From Phoronis australis (lineage: Eukaryota; Animalia; Phoronida), in NCBI GenBank assembly GCA_002633005.1, contig NMRA01000626.1, positions 157,358-221,357 on the forward strand: 64,000 bases of DNA, written 5' to 3'. This document shows positions 12,905 through 27,000 of the stretch, piece after piece; within the stretch, counting starts at the first letter, position 1; every line of letters starts with the position of its first letter. The notes beneath the pieces are model-generated. The model had not been told where the DNA came from. It made no database searches and saw only the letters and a list, made by a program, of their open reading frames with translations. The position numbers and the translations under genes were made by a program.

Positions 12905-15900
12905 TAATTAGAACTGTCAGCTTCTTTTAAGCACCCTTTTGTTTTTGTAATTGTTTGCACTTTGCAATATTACTAAACGTTTGACACCAGATTCCAAAGG
13001 TAGTGCCCTGCACGTATGCTCCAGTGTGGAAAAACAAATTCTAAACATGCATGTAGCGCGATTCATTGTAAGGGGGTTGTAAGTTTTTACAGGGAGGCTT
13101 GGAATGTTTGCGATAATGTTTTTCCTTATGGATTAAGTTTTGGATACTAATTGCATTATATAGCTGTATTTTGGTGGTTTACTCCCCTGCTTTCATCTTC
13201 CTCAGTCCTTTACTTGTGGCATATAATTGGGCATGAGTACCCATATTATAAAAACTGACACGAGACTGATACTGAATGTTGGATAGCGATACTCATTTGA
13301 TAGTGATGCAAGTACACAACACATGGGAAGAACATTGACTGAGGCATTGGGTAGTGTTGTTTTCATATTTAAATACCTTCGTCTTCTATTGCTGTATTCA
13401 GTAGTGTCAGGAACTGGGGTCTGTTTCATGATATGGGACTTCTGACTCTATTCAGAAATGTGGTCTTACACTTCACACAACTATTTCTGAAAATAGCTAA
13501 ATCTCTGAGAATATCCCCAAAAATGCAGTCGCTGAGAATATACCCACAAATGTCCAGGTACTGAGATAATTTGTATAAATAATTTCTAGTAATTGTAAAG
13601 TGGAAACACAAGACCTAATTTCTGACTGTCTTACTCTTACATAACTTTGTACCACACTGACCCCTGGTACACATCCCAGTGCATCACGTTTACATAAATG
13701 TGCCATACATTCAGGGATTCAAGTAGCAGTTGTGCCTTGGTGGTTTGGACTAAGGCCAAACAAATTACATATTTGGTTCTGGTCTCTACCAATTTATTTT
13801 GCAACCTGCTGGGTCACAGCATAAATTTTCACAAAAACAACCTTACATTTATATCTGTTGATTTTGCCTGACTCACTTCAGGCAGTTTGGTGAAGTTTAA
13901 CATGCCTGATTTTACTCTTCTTTTCATCTTTTACTGGATAAATTTTGTCTTTACTTGACGTTGTCAATGTTTTGAATTTTCTAATTGTTAAATATGTTTG
14001 CATGCAACTAGTGTGTGTTCTTTGTAAACTACAGGACTTCACATCCTTTTGACAGTTGTACTGATTAGGTTAAATTCTGAAAGGTAGACGTGTGGTATTG
14101 TGATGTCCCATATGTTCTTTGGAGTTGAAACTTTAATTTGATGTTGCCCTGTATTAGTATGAAACAGTGTTGTTGCAATGTGGGAGTAATTTTTGCATGA
14201 TTGTTAAGATAGATTTCACTGTTATTGAATATTTGTTGTCTGTGTGATATTCAGGCAAATAGTGGAAAAAGGTAACATTTAAAAATATGCGAATAAGCTG
14301 TTCTGTTACTTTCATGCAAGCTCATTTTGATTCGATTTTTGAAACATGCCTTGAACTGTTCCCAATGGTTGTATCTTATGAAATGATCTATGTAGACTAA
14401 CACCGTTTCCATGAGTCATTGCCGACTTGTTTTGCACCAACATTACGGCTTGGAGTTTACTGTTTCAGAGGATTTCCTCTTTTTTGGTTTTGATTTCCTC
14501 TTACTTGATTTCCAGTTTCCCCTTTTTTTCGTCTATTTTTCTCATTATTTTGACTTGATTCCTGCAAAAACGTTTATTTCAGTTAAATTTTACAACACAA
14601 AAAATATTTCCGTCACACAAGCCTATTAGTGGAACAGTACATCACCTAGAAATTTATCCCTGTTTTTCTAATTGGCCATTCCAAGTTCTGTAACATTTTA
14701 AACCTAAGATTTACCATTATATAACTTGCACACTTCCGGACTGTACATTTTGTTGATGTGAGAGCGAGATCTCCTTTCCAGAAAGTGAAACCAGCTACCA
14801 AATACAAGTAGATGAGATGTCTTAGAAATATCATTAGCGCCTTGTGAATGCCATCGTTTCTTGATAAACTGGCAGGTGTGCGTGGCATTGACATAACAGT
14901 CTTAAAATCCGAAAGGAATTGGGGAAGTTGTGCATGTATCTAGTGAGTTGTGCAAGATGAGTAGCCAACTCCATCACAGACTGGTTCTCAGTGATGTCAG
15001 ACTTGTAGAAAGATTTGTACTCAGTAAATGTGTTGCAAGAATACGTGCTGGTATTGTCACTTTAGTAAATACTTGTCAGTTTAGGTTTACAACTTCAATA
15101 ATAGGAGTTTTAGGAATTCAGTTATTTTTGATTCTCTAGTTTGTCAAATTAATTCATTTTCCCCAAATATAAGTAGTTAACTTTAAAGTTACTTCTCGTA
15201 GTAAGTTTAGCAACAGAGTTGTTAAATGTGATGAAGATTCCAACAAATGAATGATCCTGAGTTGTTTGTTCAATGTCTGGGTAATTCTTCAAAAGATACA
15301 AATAAGACGTCCTTTCTAAGACGCCTAACAGTGAAAATTGGAACTTAGTCTGGAATCAAACTGGACAAGCAATTCAATGATGTGGAAGACGAATCAGTCA
15401 ATCCTGCAAATTACAATTATTGTAATTTTCAAAAAATTCTAGATTCGTTGAAATTCATCTCACTGTCCATATCGTAGAAACACCAAAATCCTAAACACCT
15501 AATGGAACACACACAAAAATTAAGCGCTTTAATTAATGTACGATGTCATATTTACAAAACTGTATACTACATGTATTTACAAGGTACATGTGCTTCGTTA
15601 CCTAGCTCAGACCCCCATAAGAGAGACTTAAGGGATTCTACGTCAAACTGCTGCTTTTTCATGTACAGAGTATTTAGGAAATGTTCAATTTCATTGAAAC
15701 ATGGAAACATGTCTTGCCAACAGTAGTCCTGGCATACTGTATGTACTTGTCATAGGAAATGCTATGTTTATGTGTTAGTCTGGAATATTTTATTGTTACT
15801 CGAGAGCCTAATAGAAATTTGATTAGTTCAAGAGAGAGCTAAAAGAAAAAATCTCACGTTTTCCTGGGAGAGCCATCCCTTGGAAAATACAAGCTTTAAG

Positions 15901-16520
15901 GTCATTCTAAACACCCTCATTTATCCAGGCCTTCCTATAGTTATTCACAAAAAAGTAAAGTAGGAACAGAGATAGTGACCATTGAATGTTGAATTTATGA
16001 AGATGTGATTTGCACAAACTTATGTTGGGTTATGCCTCAACCTTACAATCTGGAAAGAAATCGCAATGCAAATATAAAAACTGAGTGAAAGAAAATTGAA
16101 CTGAAATGCTACCGTAATCATAAAATGAAGGTGGAATAATTTGAGAAAAAAGAAGCACAAAGTAGGAACAAGTCCAAAAGGTAGGAAATTATAAACTAGT
16201 TTGGAAGCTTGATTTGTTGGCAAGTTAGGAATTAAAAACAATGAGGGTTTAACGCAAGAGTTTGTAGAACTACCACTGGCTAGTATATTTCTAGTGGATC
16301 TTGGTGTGTCAAGTTTAAAGTTGTTCATCTTTGAATTAATTTACATCGAATAAATTAAGTAATGAGGATTTTTTATTCTACTGATTTGCCACATATAATG
16401 CATTTAGTAACTACGAATGAATGAAGACCTTGATACTGTTCACAAGGTGGCTCTGTGAAAAACTAATTTTGTTTAAAGTACATTTTAAAGCAGTCATGAG
16501 GATACAGGGTACCTAAACTA

Positions 16521-17288
16521 CTAGGTTAACTGACTGCTAAAGGGTGTAGGACGCAAAAACATGACTCGCATAAACAACATTCACTGACTCGCATTCACAG
16601 GATTGGCTACCAAAACATGACCCATTCACCCAAAACACAGTCTTGGCCTCACATTCACGTAGAAACGCGGACCGCCAAACCTGGTTCACTCCAATAAAGC
16701 ATGCCAAATGCATGGTCATGGACTCGTCAGCTTCCTGAGTGGGTAAGTAGTGCGAAATAGTGATTATTACTACGCAGAAAGGGAATTGATCAACCTTCTT
16801 GTATTTGGCAACACCCTTGCCTACAAGCTTGTTTTAAGTACAACTTAAAATTTGAACAAACAAATATTTCAAGTCGTGCTAAAATCCATTTCAGAGGTTC
16901 TTTTCTTACTGCGCATCAACTTAATAGTAAACAGGTCATAAACATCAACATCAATAAACTGTAGAACAAATGAGCAATTTAAATAATGTTTATTGTTTCT
17001 AATTTACAACAATTGCATCACATTACAGACGGTCATATGATCAAAATTATACTTAATTTCGAACCCATTACACAGCTGTCAAAGCAGACTTCCACATTTT
17101 ATCTGTAAACTGAGTTTGGCGCTCCGTGTAATGTTTCTACGTCAATGTGAGTCGGTGACCTTGTATTTTGGCTTAATGGGTCATGTTTTGAGAGGTCCAT
17201 CCTGTGTATGCCAGCCAGTTAACAGTGTTTGCAGTATGCGAGTCATGTTTTTGCATCGGACACTGTGTTTAGCAGTCTGATAACCGTG
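16521..17288. mobile_element. MITE with long imperfect terminal inverted repeats, TA-flanked
   Basis: gactgctaaa...gcaaaaacatgactcgcata...caaaacatgacccatt at left mirrors aatgggtcatgttttg...tatgcgagtcatgtttttgc...tttagcagtc at right. Confidence 0.7.
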
Positions 17289-17741
17289 TAGTTAAGGTAT
17301 CTTTGGATACTTCTCCCATGAAAGTGAACAGGCTTCTGTTCTCAATTTATTCAAATACCAAAAAGAGGCCGATTCTATATCACTGTGCCACCTAGTGAAT
17401 TTCAAGAATTCATTGTCCTGGTGCAGCAACAAACTGTCAGTGTTCAAATTGATAGCAATACAGCTGTTATTATGAAATATACATAACATCACATTCAACA
17501 AAACTCGAACAGTGACACTGATGAACACAAGCCTTGGGGATAATGTCAAATCTACATATCTGTTACCAATTTCTTCTTCTGGCTGTTACCAGCTTCAGTT
17601 TACTGCTTTCAGACTCTAGTACATTACTGGAGATATTTTTTGACAACCAGAAAGGCAAGATGAATTGTTTTCCAACTATTAGCCAGTTGTTTATAAATTA
17701 AATAGAGACAGTGTGCAAGAAGGATTCCCGGCCACAACATC

Positions 17742-17747
17742 TTTATT
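17742..17747 (-). promoter_or_regulatory. Candidate EXOC4 polyadenylation signal (AATAAA)
   Basis: tttatt on + about 155 nt past the stop; further copies lie downstream (e.g. 16989-16994). Confidence 0.4.
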
Positions 17748-17901
17748 CCATGCGATTACTGAAATCACATGGTGACCAAAGCAACAAGTCACAGCAGCAC
17801 CATATATGATTCCTAGTGAAGACGCCCTTCAAGAATAAATAATGCAAGAGACTTCACATGCAAAACCTGTGCCACGAAACACTCTAACTGCAAGAGATGC
17901 C

Positions 17902-18072
17902 TCACACGTGATGAATGTGCTGCTCACGAATGACACTCCTCAATTTCTCTTTCTGTTTCTCAAACAGCTTCACGTTGGCTCCCGGGGTACTCCTGTTGAG
18001 TAGACTCATGGCGTCCAGATATTCAAGCTCACTAAATTGAGCACCCTGCTCCATGACCTGGGCCAAGATTTC
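17902..18072 (-). CDS. EXOC4: EXOC4 last coding exon ([18 protein letters not shown]...HV*)
   Basis: ctttag acceptor, TGA at 17902-17904. Confidence 0.9.
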   Translation of the reverse strand, partial: EILAQVMEQGAQFSELEYLDAMSLLNRSTPGANVKLFEKQKEKLRSVIREQHIHHV

Positions 18073-21000
18073 CTAAAGACAAAAGCCAAAATTTTTCACG
18101 GAATGACATGATTGGCTAATCAATTACATGATTGCGTATTAAAGAAACTTTAATCCACTTTTCGTCTAACTTTTGATTCAAGGCACGAACCATAATGAAT
18201 ATATCTTTTCTTGTTGTTTACTCAACTTGGAGATGATTCATGGGTTTGGGACAACTGAGAGATCACATCGCCAATGAACCCCCCGTGAGTGGTCTACCAC
18301 ACAAATGGTGTCGACAGTGAGGTAGCTAGGGGTCTATGCAGGAATATTTGTGCATGACTTTCATATTTATCAATCCAGTGAAGCGCACTATGGCTTTCAA
18401 ACCATAATATTGATGAGATCTAGCTTGCTTGCGAGCATTGAGGGTAAACAACACAACAACCATTTAACATTGAAAGGTATTGTCAGATTTGTTACCTGCA
18501 TAAACAAATTAGTTAAGAACCATCTTTAAAATGAAAAAATCCGACCACAATCCGTATTTTCCTAATAATGACTACTTCATTGTGAGCTCACTATTCAAGT
18601 TGACCAATCTTGTATTCTCAACTGGTCATTCAAGTGATCTAAATGAAAATTTATGATGGCCATGGGGGTGGGGGCTTTATGGCCACTTCAACAGTCATAT
18701 AGGCACATCATAACAAATCGTCAATGTTTTCAAAATCGAGGGTACAAAATTACACACATCCCTTCTATTTCAGAGAATGCAAACAGTTAACAGTTGCCTT
18801 GGGTTTCACAAGAATTATTACACAAAGCACTTCACAGTAACTTTAATATTCAATAATTTGTGCATGCTGGTTCCAGTATATAGTGTTTTGAAACAACAGC
18901 TGTGTCTTAGAAATTGAAAGTTAAATGAAATTAAAATGTCCTTTTCTTGGGACCAACGAAGGCAGAAAACAATACACAAAACTGAGATGGAACTTCACTG
19001 AAAACTACACTGTCTCAGGCTGGACACCAAACAACCATTGGCTTGTGTATCAAGAGGCTTTCAAGCAGTGAGTAATGACTTCTAAAACATGTCCTACAAT
19101 GGCTTTATGTCAGACTGTCTATGACCGAGTTCACCATTAATTACTAATTATTGACTATGATGTGTACGTACGCCGGGGTTTGAGTAGAGCAGTTCATAAT
19201 ATTGTCGGGCGTGGTCCAGATCAGCTTCTCGTGACATTGTAATGTTGGTCAGCTGCTGCTGGACGGCAAAAATGTTACGGCACCTGAAGTAAGACCAAAT
19301 CATGAGTAAACAAAAAGACACATGCGGTAATTCTCCACTAATTTTGCACAACATGAATTAATATTTTTTCCAATAGCTGGGTTACGTAAACTTACAACTT
19401 TGTAGTTGCTTGGTGTGCAAAGTTAACTGAGTAACCAAGCATCGTCAACTGTCGTGTGTGAATTTGACGGAATGTGGCCTACAGGTTGCCAACGTGATCC
19501 ATTTAACAGAATGTGGCCTACAGGTTGCCAACGTGATCCATTTAACAGAATGTGGCCTACAGGTTGCCAACGTAATCCATTTAACAGAATGTGGCCTACA
19601 AGTTGCCAATGTAATCCATTTAACAGAATGTGGCCTACAAGTTGCCAATGTGATCCATTTAACAGAATGTGGCCTACAAGTTGCCAATGTGATCCATTTA
19701 ACAGAATGTGGCCTACAGGTTGCCAATGTGATCCATTTAACAGTTTCCACTGCATTGTTTAAACACTCTTTGTGAAACATCTCTCATCCAGGGTCACCTT
19801 TGTCATCTCACGTTTACAGCAACATGAGAAATCCCACAGGAATGGATAATTTAAGTGGTGAATATACAATGTTACGACCTTCTTAACATATTATGTTACA
19901 GAGATGCATATGGCAGGGTTTTGCTTCATAATTTCCCAAGTGCATACAACTGAAGGCCTAAATATTTTTACAAATCTGCACAAAATGAGTTGAGTGAGCT
20001 AAATAAGAATTACAGACTGTACAAAATACGAACAAAAGAGAGAAAAATATTCAGTACACGCCACAAAACAATCCAGAATTCCCCGTCACAATGGCTGAGC
20101 TTGAGCAGATTTCCCTTATCATGATGGCTGAGCACAAGTGCAATGCACTACCTGAGAAACTGGAAGGCTCCGTTGCTAATTAAGACTTCCATCCCAAAAA
20201 TGACCCATAATTCCCCATAATGATTAGCAACAGTAAGCTAAACTCCTCGTCATGACGGCCGAATGCAACCACCATGCATGATACAACTTCTACCAACGGT
20301 AATAACCCTGACATTCAGGATATTTGTGCCCCTATTCGCTAATTTCTTTTACAATGCATCTAGACTTAAAAAATTCAAAGATGGCCAATATTGAATTTTC
20401 AATTTTAAAAACAGAAATGTTGGTCATTTGCCTTACTTTAGTTTGTTTACTTTGAAATTCATACGCTAAACAGGAGTGTTGATTTACGATTAGCAGTTAA
20501 CTCATCCAACACTTTCAGCCAAGCCCCTGAATAGTGAGTAGCTCACTTCAATCTGTGACAACACCATCAAGCCTTTAATGTGCCGAGGATTTCACTGGAT
20601 ACTCTAAGGTAAACAGTGCATGCTTTCTCGTCTACTTGTGTGCAAATCCTGTTAGCGTAAGATTTGACTAATGTGGTCAGAGTATATGGAACAATGGGTC
20701 ACTACTCATCATGACACTGAAATGAAATTTTGTTCAATATTTTGGCATGTACTGTAGGGCCAACCGTTAAATAATTGAAGAAACTGCTTGACCAGTAGGC
20801 CTACCATTACATTGCATGCCATTGGTCAGATTTACATCACTTTGTAAAACAATCAGTGTGGATCACCGCAGAAGTGTATGCTACTTACATCTTTTTTACC
20901 CCGTTGTCATTAATGCGCTTTAAGTGATGAGTACTGGCCACCAAAATTGAGGCCACCAGGTGGCCAAGTCCCTCAAACATATACCTGAAATAATGAGACA

Positions 21001-24000
21001 ACTCAAGTATCAGACATTGCTGCATATTTTGAACTTAACTCGCAGACACTGCTCTGGTTTGTGTAACTATCAACTTAGTCTCAGTAAAAACAGCCTCTGT
21101 TTTCAGAAAACATGTTCAACACGGACAAGCTTCTCTTGATAATTAAATGTAATTGACAGTCACAAGATGGTTCTTCTCAAAGATATCGTTTGTAAAATAG
21201 ATACGAGTCTGTTGAAACTAAAATGTTGCACGTTTTCACTTTCTATCTACTGAAAATGATACGAGTACAATCATGGCACCTCACACAGGTTCTCATATTG
21301 CCAAACCCAAAATTAGTAACTGTCTTTTTGGGTTATTGCAACTCCACATCTTACTGTTAATAAAATTAAGACTAAATATTATTTGTGGATGCTTGTCTCT
21401 TTTTCTATCTTTTTCAAATTAGTCTACTTGAAACTGAAGGGCATCCATGTTTTGACATCAATTGCTTTTGAGGGAAAATTTTTTCTGGAAATGAATAGCA
21501 AAGTGCGACGAAGTGCACCGCCCCCTGTTGGCCAAGACGTACTTGAACTTGGACAGCTGCAGACTCTGGTTCAGGGCCTCTTCAATGATTGACAAATCTC
21601 TGTTCAGTCGGATAACATTAGAGTCAGGCTCCATGTCATCTATTGCACAGTAGTAGTTGGACTGCAATCACAATACAGTATCATTAAACTGTCAAAACAA
21701 CAAATAGGTGCACACTGAAGATGAATGGATATGATCAAATAACATCCCACCTTCCAAGTTCCCAATAATGTGAAACTCCCGAAAGCGGAAAATCATAAAT
21801 TAAATAAATGCACAAGGTTTTTAATTTGGTCCTGGTAAAATATCAAGTTTAGGATGCAATGCAGCACACAATATAACCAACCATTTTCAAGTTCTGTACG
21901 TTAACTACCACTTGATAATGTTTAGAAATGTGGTGGACATTCACAACCATTAAGAAGCCTTTCAAAAAATCAGTTTTGGCCAGAATATGGTCTGAAATTG
22001 GCAAGACTCTACAGAAACATAGTTTGTAGCACAGAAAGTAGCATCCTACTGACTGGTAAGGATTGAATATGACTTGCCAAGAGTAGACAATTGCGAGTTA
22101 ATAACTGTAGGAGAAACAATTTGGGCACATAAAAATGGCCACTATGTGGTGCAAAATACCCCAAATCCATCCGGAAATGGGAAGATAGTGTCATGTCTCT
22201 AATAGATGCCTATCTGCCAAATATCCTGGCGCATGAAAATCACAGACCAAGTGAGGCTGGTCGTAAAAAAGAAAGCAGGATTTCGACTCATTTCAGCTGC
22301 CATCAGCTGATTTTCTAAGTTTTTGAAAATAAGCATTGGACAACTAAAAATAAACTAAAAATACCGCCTCAAAAATCACAGAAAATTCACAGATCAGAAC
22401 CATTTATGCTATATTTTGGCCTTAACCTGGGTTTAAGCAGAATTGTGCAAGTAAAAGTCACTCAATAACAGGCATAATCGCTGGTTGACTTACCTGCTTG
22501 GCAACTGGCATCAGGAAAAAGAAACAGTGAACTCTGACCTCCAAGTGTAGCACAAGCAAGCAGAAATCAGCAAGTTCGCGGAAATCAGCAGCCAAGGCAA
22601 CAATGGGGTCAAGGGCTGTCACTGACAGTGGAGGCTTGTCCTGAAACACATAAATGGGAAGACAATCAGATCCCAGAGTTAATAGATAGCATTACAACAA
22701 AATGATAAAGTCTAGTTTTGCCACATCTTTAAGTGTCCACAAAGTGAATACTCAGAACAGTTGATAATGCTGCCTGTCAAATGAATCCATGAGAAAAGTG
22801 AGTAAAATTTCCTTAATGAAAAGCATCCAACATACAGCGCTGTCATGGTTGGAGACTAACACCTAAAGTAATTATTATATGACAAGTGACATCATGGGTC
22901 TATAACATGAAAAGCATCCAACATACAGCGCTGTCATGGTTGGAGACTAACACTTAAAGTAATTATTATATGACAAGTGACATCATGGGTCTATATCATG
23001 AAAAGCATCCAACATAAAGCACTGTCATGGTTGGAGACTAACACCTAAAGTAATTATTATATGACAAGTGACATCATGGGTCTATATCATGAAAAGCATC
23101 CAACATAGAGCGCTGTCATGGTTGGTAATTAACACCTAAAGTAATTATTATATGACAAGTGACATCATGGGTCTATATCATGAAAAGCATCCAGCATACA
23201 GCGCTGTCATGGTTGGTAATAAACACCTAAAGTAATTATTATATGACAAGTGACATCATGATCATGGGTCTATATCATGAAAAGCATCCAACATACAGCG
23301 CTGTCATGGTTGGTAATTAACACCTAAAGTAATTATTATATGACAAGTGATATCATGGGTCTATATCATGAAAAGCATCCAACATACAGTGCTGTCATGG
23401 TTCGAGACTAACACCTAAAGTAATTATTATATGACAAGTGACATCATGGGTCTATATCATGAAAAGCATCCAACATACAGCGCTGTCATGGTTGGTAATT
23501 AACACGTAAAGTAATTATTATATGACAAGTGACATCATGGGTCTATATCATGAAAAGCATCCAACATACAATGCTGTCATGGTTCGAGACTAACACCTAA
23601 AGTAATTATTATATGACAAGTGACATCATGGGTCTATATCATGAAAAGCATCCAACATACAGCGCTGTCATGGTTGGTAATTAACACCTAAAGTAATTAT
23701 TANNNNNNNNNNNNNNNNNNNNNNNNNNNNNNNNNNNNNNNNNNNNNNNNNNNNNNNNNNNNNNNNNNNNNNNNNNNNNNNNNNNNNNNNNNNNNNNNNN
23801 NNNNNNNNNNNNNNNNNNNNNNNNNNNNNNNNNNNNNNNNNNNNNNNNNNNNNNNNNNNNNNNNNNNNNNNNNNNNNNNNNNNNNNNNNNNNNNNNNNNN
23901 NNNNNNNNNNNNNNNNNNNNNNNNNNNNNNNNNNNNNNNNNNNNNNNNNNNNNNNNNNNNNNNNNNNNNNNNNNNNNNNNNNNNNNNNNNNNNNNNNNNN

Positions 24001-27000
24001 NNNNNNNNNNNNNNNNNNNNNNNNNNNNNNNNNNNNNNNNNNNNNNNNNNNNNNNNNNNNNNNNNNNNNNNNNNNNNNNNNNNNNNNNNNNNNNNNNNNN
24101 NNNNNNNNNNNNNNNNNNNNNNNNNNNNNNNNNNNNNNNNNNNNNNNNNNNNNNNNNNNNNNNNNNNNNNNNNNNNNNNNNNNNNNNNNNNNNNNNNNNN
24201 NNNNNNNNNNNNNNNNNNNNNNNNNNNNNNNNNNNNNNNNNNNNNNNNNNNNNNNNNNNNNNNNNNNNNNNNNNNNNNNNNNNNNNNNNNNNNNNNNNNN
24301 NNNNNNNNNNNNNNNNNNNNNNNNNNNNNNNNNNNNNNNNNNNNNNNNNNNNNNNNNNNNNNNNNNNNNNNNNNNNNNNNNNNNNNNNNNNNNNNNNNNN
24401 NNNNNNNNNNNNNNNNNNNNNNNNNNNNNNNNNNNNNNNNNNNNNNNNNAATACAATTCTTAGTAACAGGTATACTAGAGGCTATTAAGTTACTTCAGAC
24501 GTATAAATACAATTCTTAGTAACAGGTATACTAGAGGCTATTAAGTTACTTCAGACGTATAAATACAATTCTTAGTAACAGGTATACTAGAGGCTATTAA
24601 GTTACTTCAGACGTATAAATACAATTCTTAGTAACAGGTATACTAGAGGCTATTAAGTTACTTCAGACGTATAAATACAATTCTTAGTAACAGGTATACT
24701 AGAGGCTATTAAGTTACTTCAGACGTATAAATACAATTCTTAGTAACAGGTATACTAGAGGCTATTAAGTTACTTCAGACGTATAAATACAATTCTTAGT
24801 AACAGGTATACTAGAGGCTATTAAGTTACTTCAGACGTATAAATACAATTCTTAGTAACAGGTATACTAGAGGCTATTAAGTTACTTCAGACGTATAAAT
24901 ACAATTCTTAGTAACAGGTATACTAGAGGCTATTAAGTTACTTCAGACGTATAAATACAATTCTTAGTAACAGGTATACTAGAGGCTATTAAGTTACTTC
25001 AGACGTATAAATACAATTCTTAGTAACAGGTATACTAGAGGCTATTAAGTTACTTCAGACGTATAAATACAATTCTTAGTAACAGGTATACTAGAGGCTA
25101 TTAAGTTACTTCAGACGTATAAATACAATTCTTAGTAACAGGTATACTAGAGGCTATTAAGTTACTTCAGACGTATAAATACAATTCTTAGTAACAGGTA
25201 TACTAGAGGCTATTAAGTTACTTCAGACGTATAAATACAATTCTTAGTAACAGGTATACTAGAGGCTATTAAGTTACTTCAGACGTATAAATACAATTCT
25301 TAGTAACAGGTATACTAGAGGCTATTAAGTTACTTCAGACGTATAAATACAATTCTTAGTAACAGGTATACTAGAGGCTATTAAGTTACTTCAGATGTAT
25401 AAATACAATTCTTAGTAACAGGTATACTAGAGGCTATTAAGTTACTTCAGATGTATAAATACAATTCTTTTTGTGACACAGGTTCATAGAGCTAACTCTT
25501 TAAAGTTTAAGATAATACAAAAATTTTAAAAAACCTGGAGTGATAACTGTATTGAAATGTGTTTATATCCTGTAGTTACATAATATTCTATCCTGTTGTT
25601 GTTTATGGTTTAGTAGTCATATATAATATGGTGATTGGAAAAATGCGTATGGCATAAGCGATGCTTCACTGAATTGGTATTTTCGGGTGAAATCAGTCAT
25701 GTTGGAAAACGGAGGGAAGATGTCAAGGGTGGATCCTGATGTATTTTACTGGATGAATGATAGAAATGAGGTCTATGGTATACTCGCATGTCATGTTGAT
25801 GATTTTGTCTGGGGAGGTACACAAGAGTTTGAGACTGTTATTTCAAAAATTAGATCAACTTTTAAGGTTGGCAAAAAGAATAGTGATGCATTCAAATACT
25901 GTGGGATTGAATTGCAATGCACAGGTGACAATAGGATAACTTTGCATCAGAATAAATATACGGATGATTTGTTGCAAAGTGATGTTAGTGCTAGTAGAGC
26001 TAGTGAACAGGATTCTGTGTTGACTCTGAGAATGAGAAGCATGATCTTAGGTCCAAAGTTGGGCAATTGTTGTGGTTAGCACACCAAACTAGACCAGATT
26101 TATTGTTTGATGTTAGTGTTGTGGTATGTTAGAATTGTAGTAAGAGACAGGCATGTTAGAATTGTAGTTAGAGACAGGCATGTTAGAATTGTAGTTAGAG
26201 ACAGGCATGTTAGAATTGTAGTTAGAGACAGGCATGTTAGAATTGTAGTTAGAGACAGGCATGTTAGAATTGTAGTTAGAGACAGCCATGTTAGAATTGT
26301 AGTTAAAAAATTAATAGACAATGTATACATGTTAGAGACAGGCATGTTAGAATTGTAGTTAGAGACAGGCATGTTAGAATCGTAGTTAGAACATTTATTG
26401 TATACATAACAGGCATGTTAGAATTGTAGTTAGAACATTTATTGTATACGTGTTAGTAAAACTATATTACATAGGTTTTGATATATGGATTATCTTAAGG
26501 AAAAGAGAGAGTGGAATTTGATAATTATATTGGAATGTGTTTATATACTGTAGTTACATAATATTCTCACTATCCTGTTGTTGTTTGTAGTTTACTGGTT
26601 CCTGTTTTGTAGTCAGTACTGTATTAGTCATATATTCCTAGAACCTATTGACTTCCTGTACATTTCTGTATAATGATATTCTATTATTTGTTGATGTTAA
26701 AACACTTTAAGTTCGACAGCCAACTGAGCAACTTGTCTTTATCTCCAATGACTTTTCAGGAGTGTCAAAAATCCACTATTAAGTGTACACAGTAATCCTC
26801 CTTAACTTTGCCTTTAAACCATTAGTTAACATGATTGCAGCTTCCTATAGTAGAAGAGTTAATTGCAAGTTAGGGCCTTTTCGTGTATTGTACTCAAGAT
26901 CTGTGCTAAACTCTAATGCATAATTAGCTTGCAGGGCTGGCTTACAACCTTCAGTGTCATAGTTCTGAATAATAACTAAATAAATTCAGACGGTTGGGTC

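Noticed and set aside
19423-19780. Four overlapping repetitive ORFs
   Set aside because: Artefact of a 39-bp (multiple of 3) minisatellite in an EXOC4 intron.
23668-24456. 262-aa ORF of X residues
   Set aside because: Translation of the N gap.
22815-25467. CRISPR-like appearance of regular repeats
   Set aside because: Head-to-tail tandem units with no unique spacers, no cas genes, eukaryotic context.
26100-26372. (VRIVVRDRH)n and (LTTILTCLS)n ORFs
   Set aside because: Translations of the 27-bp minisatellite.
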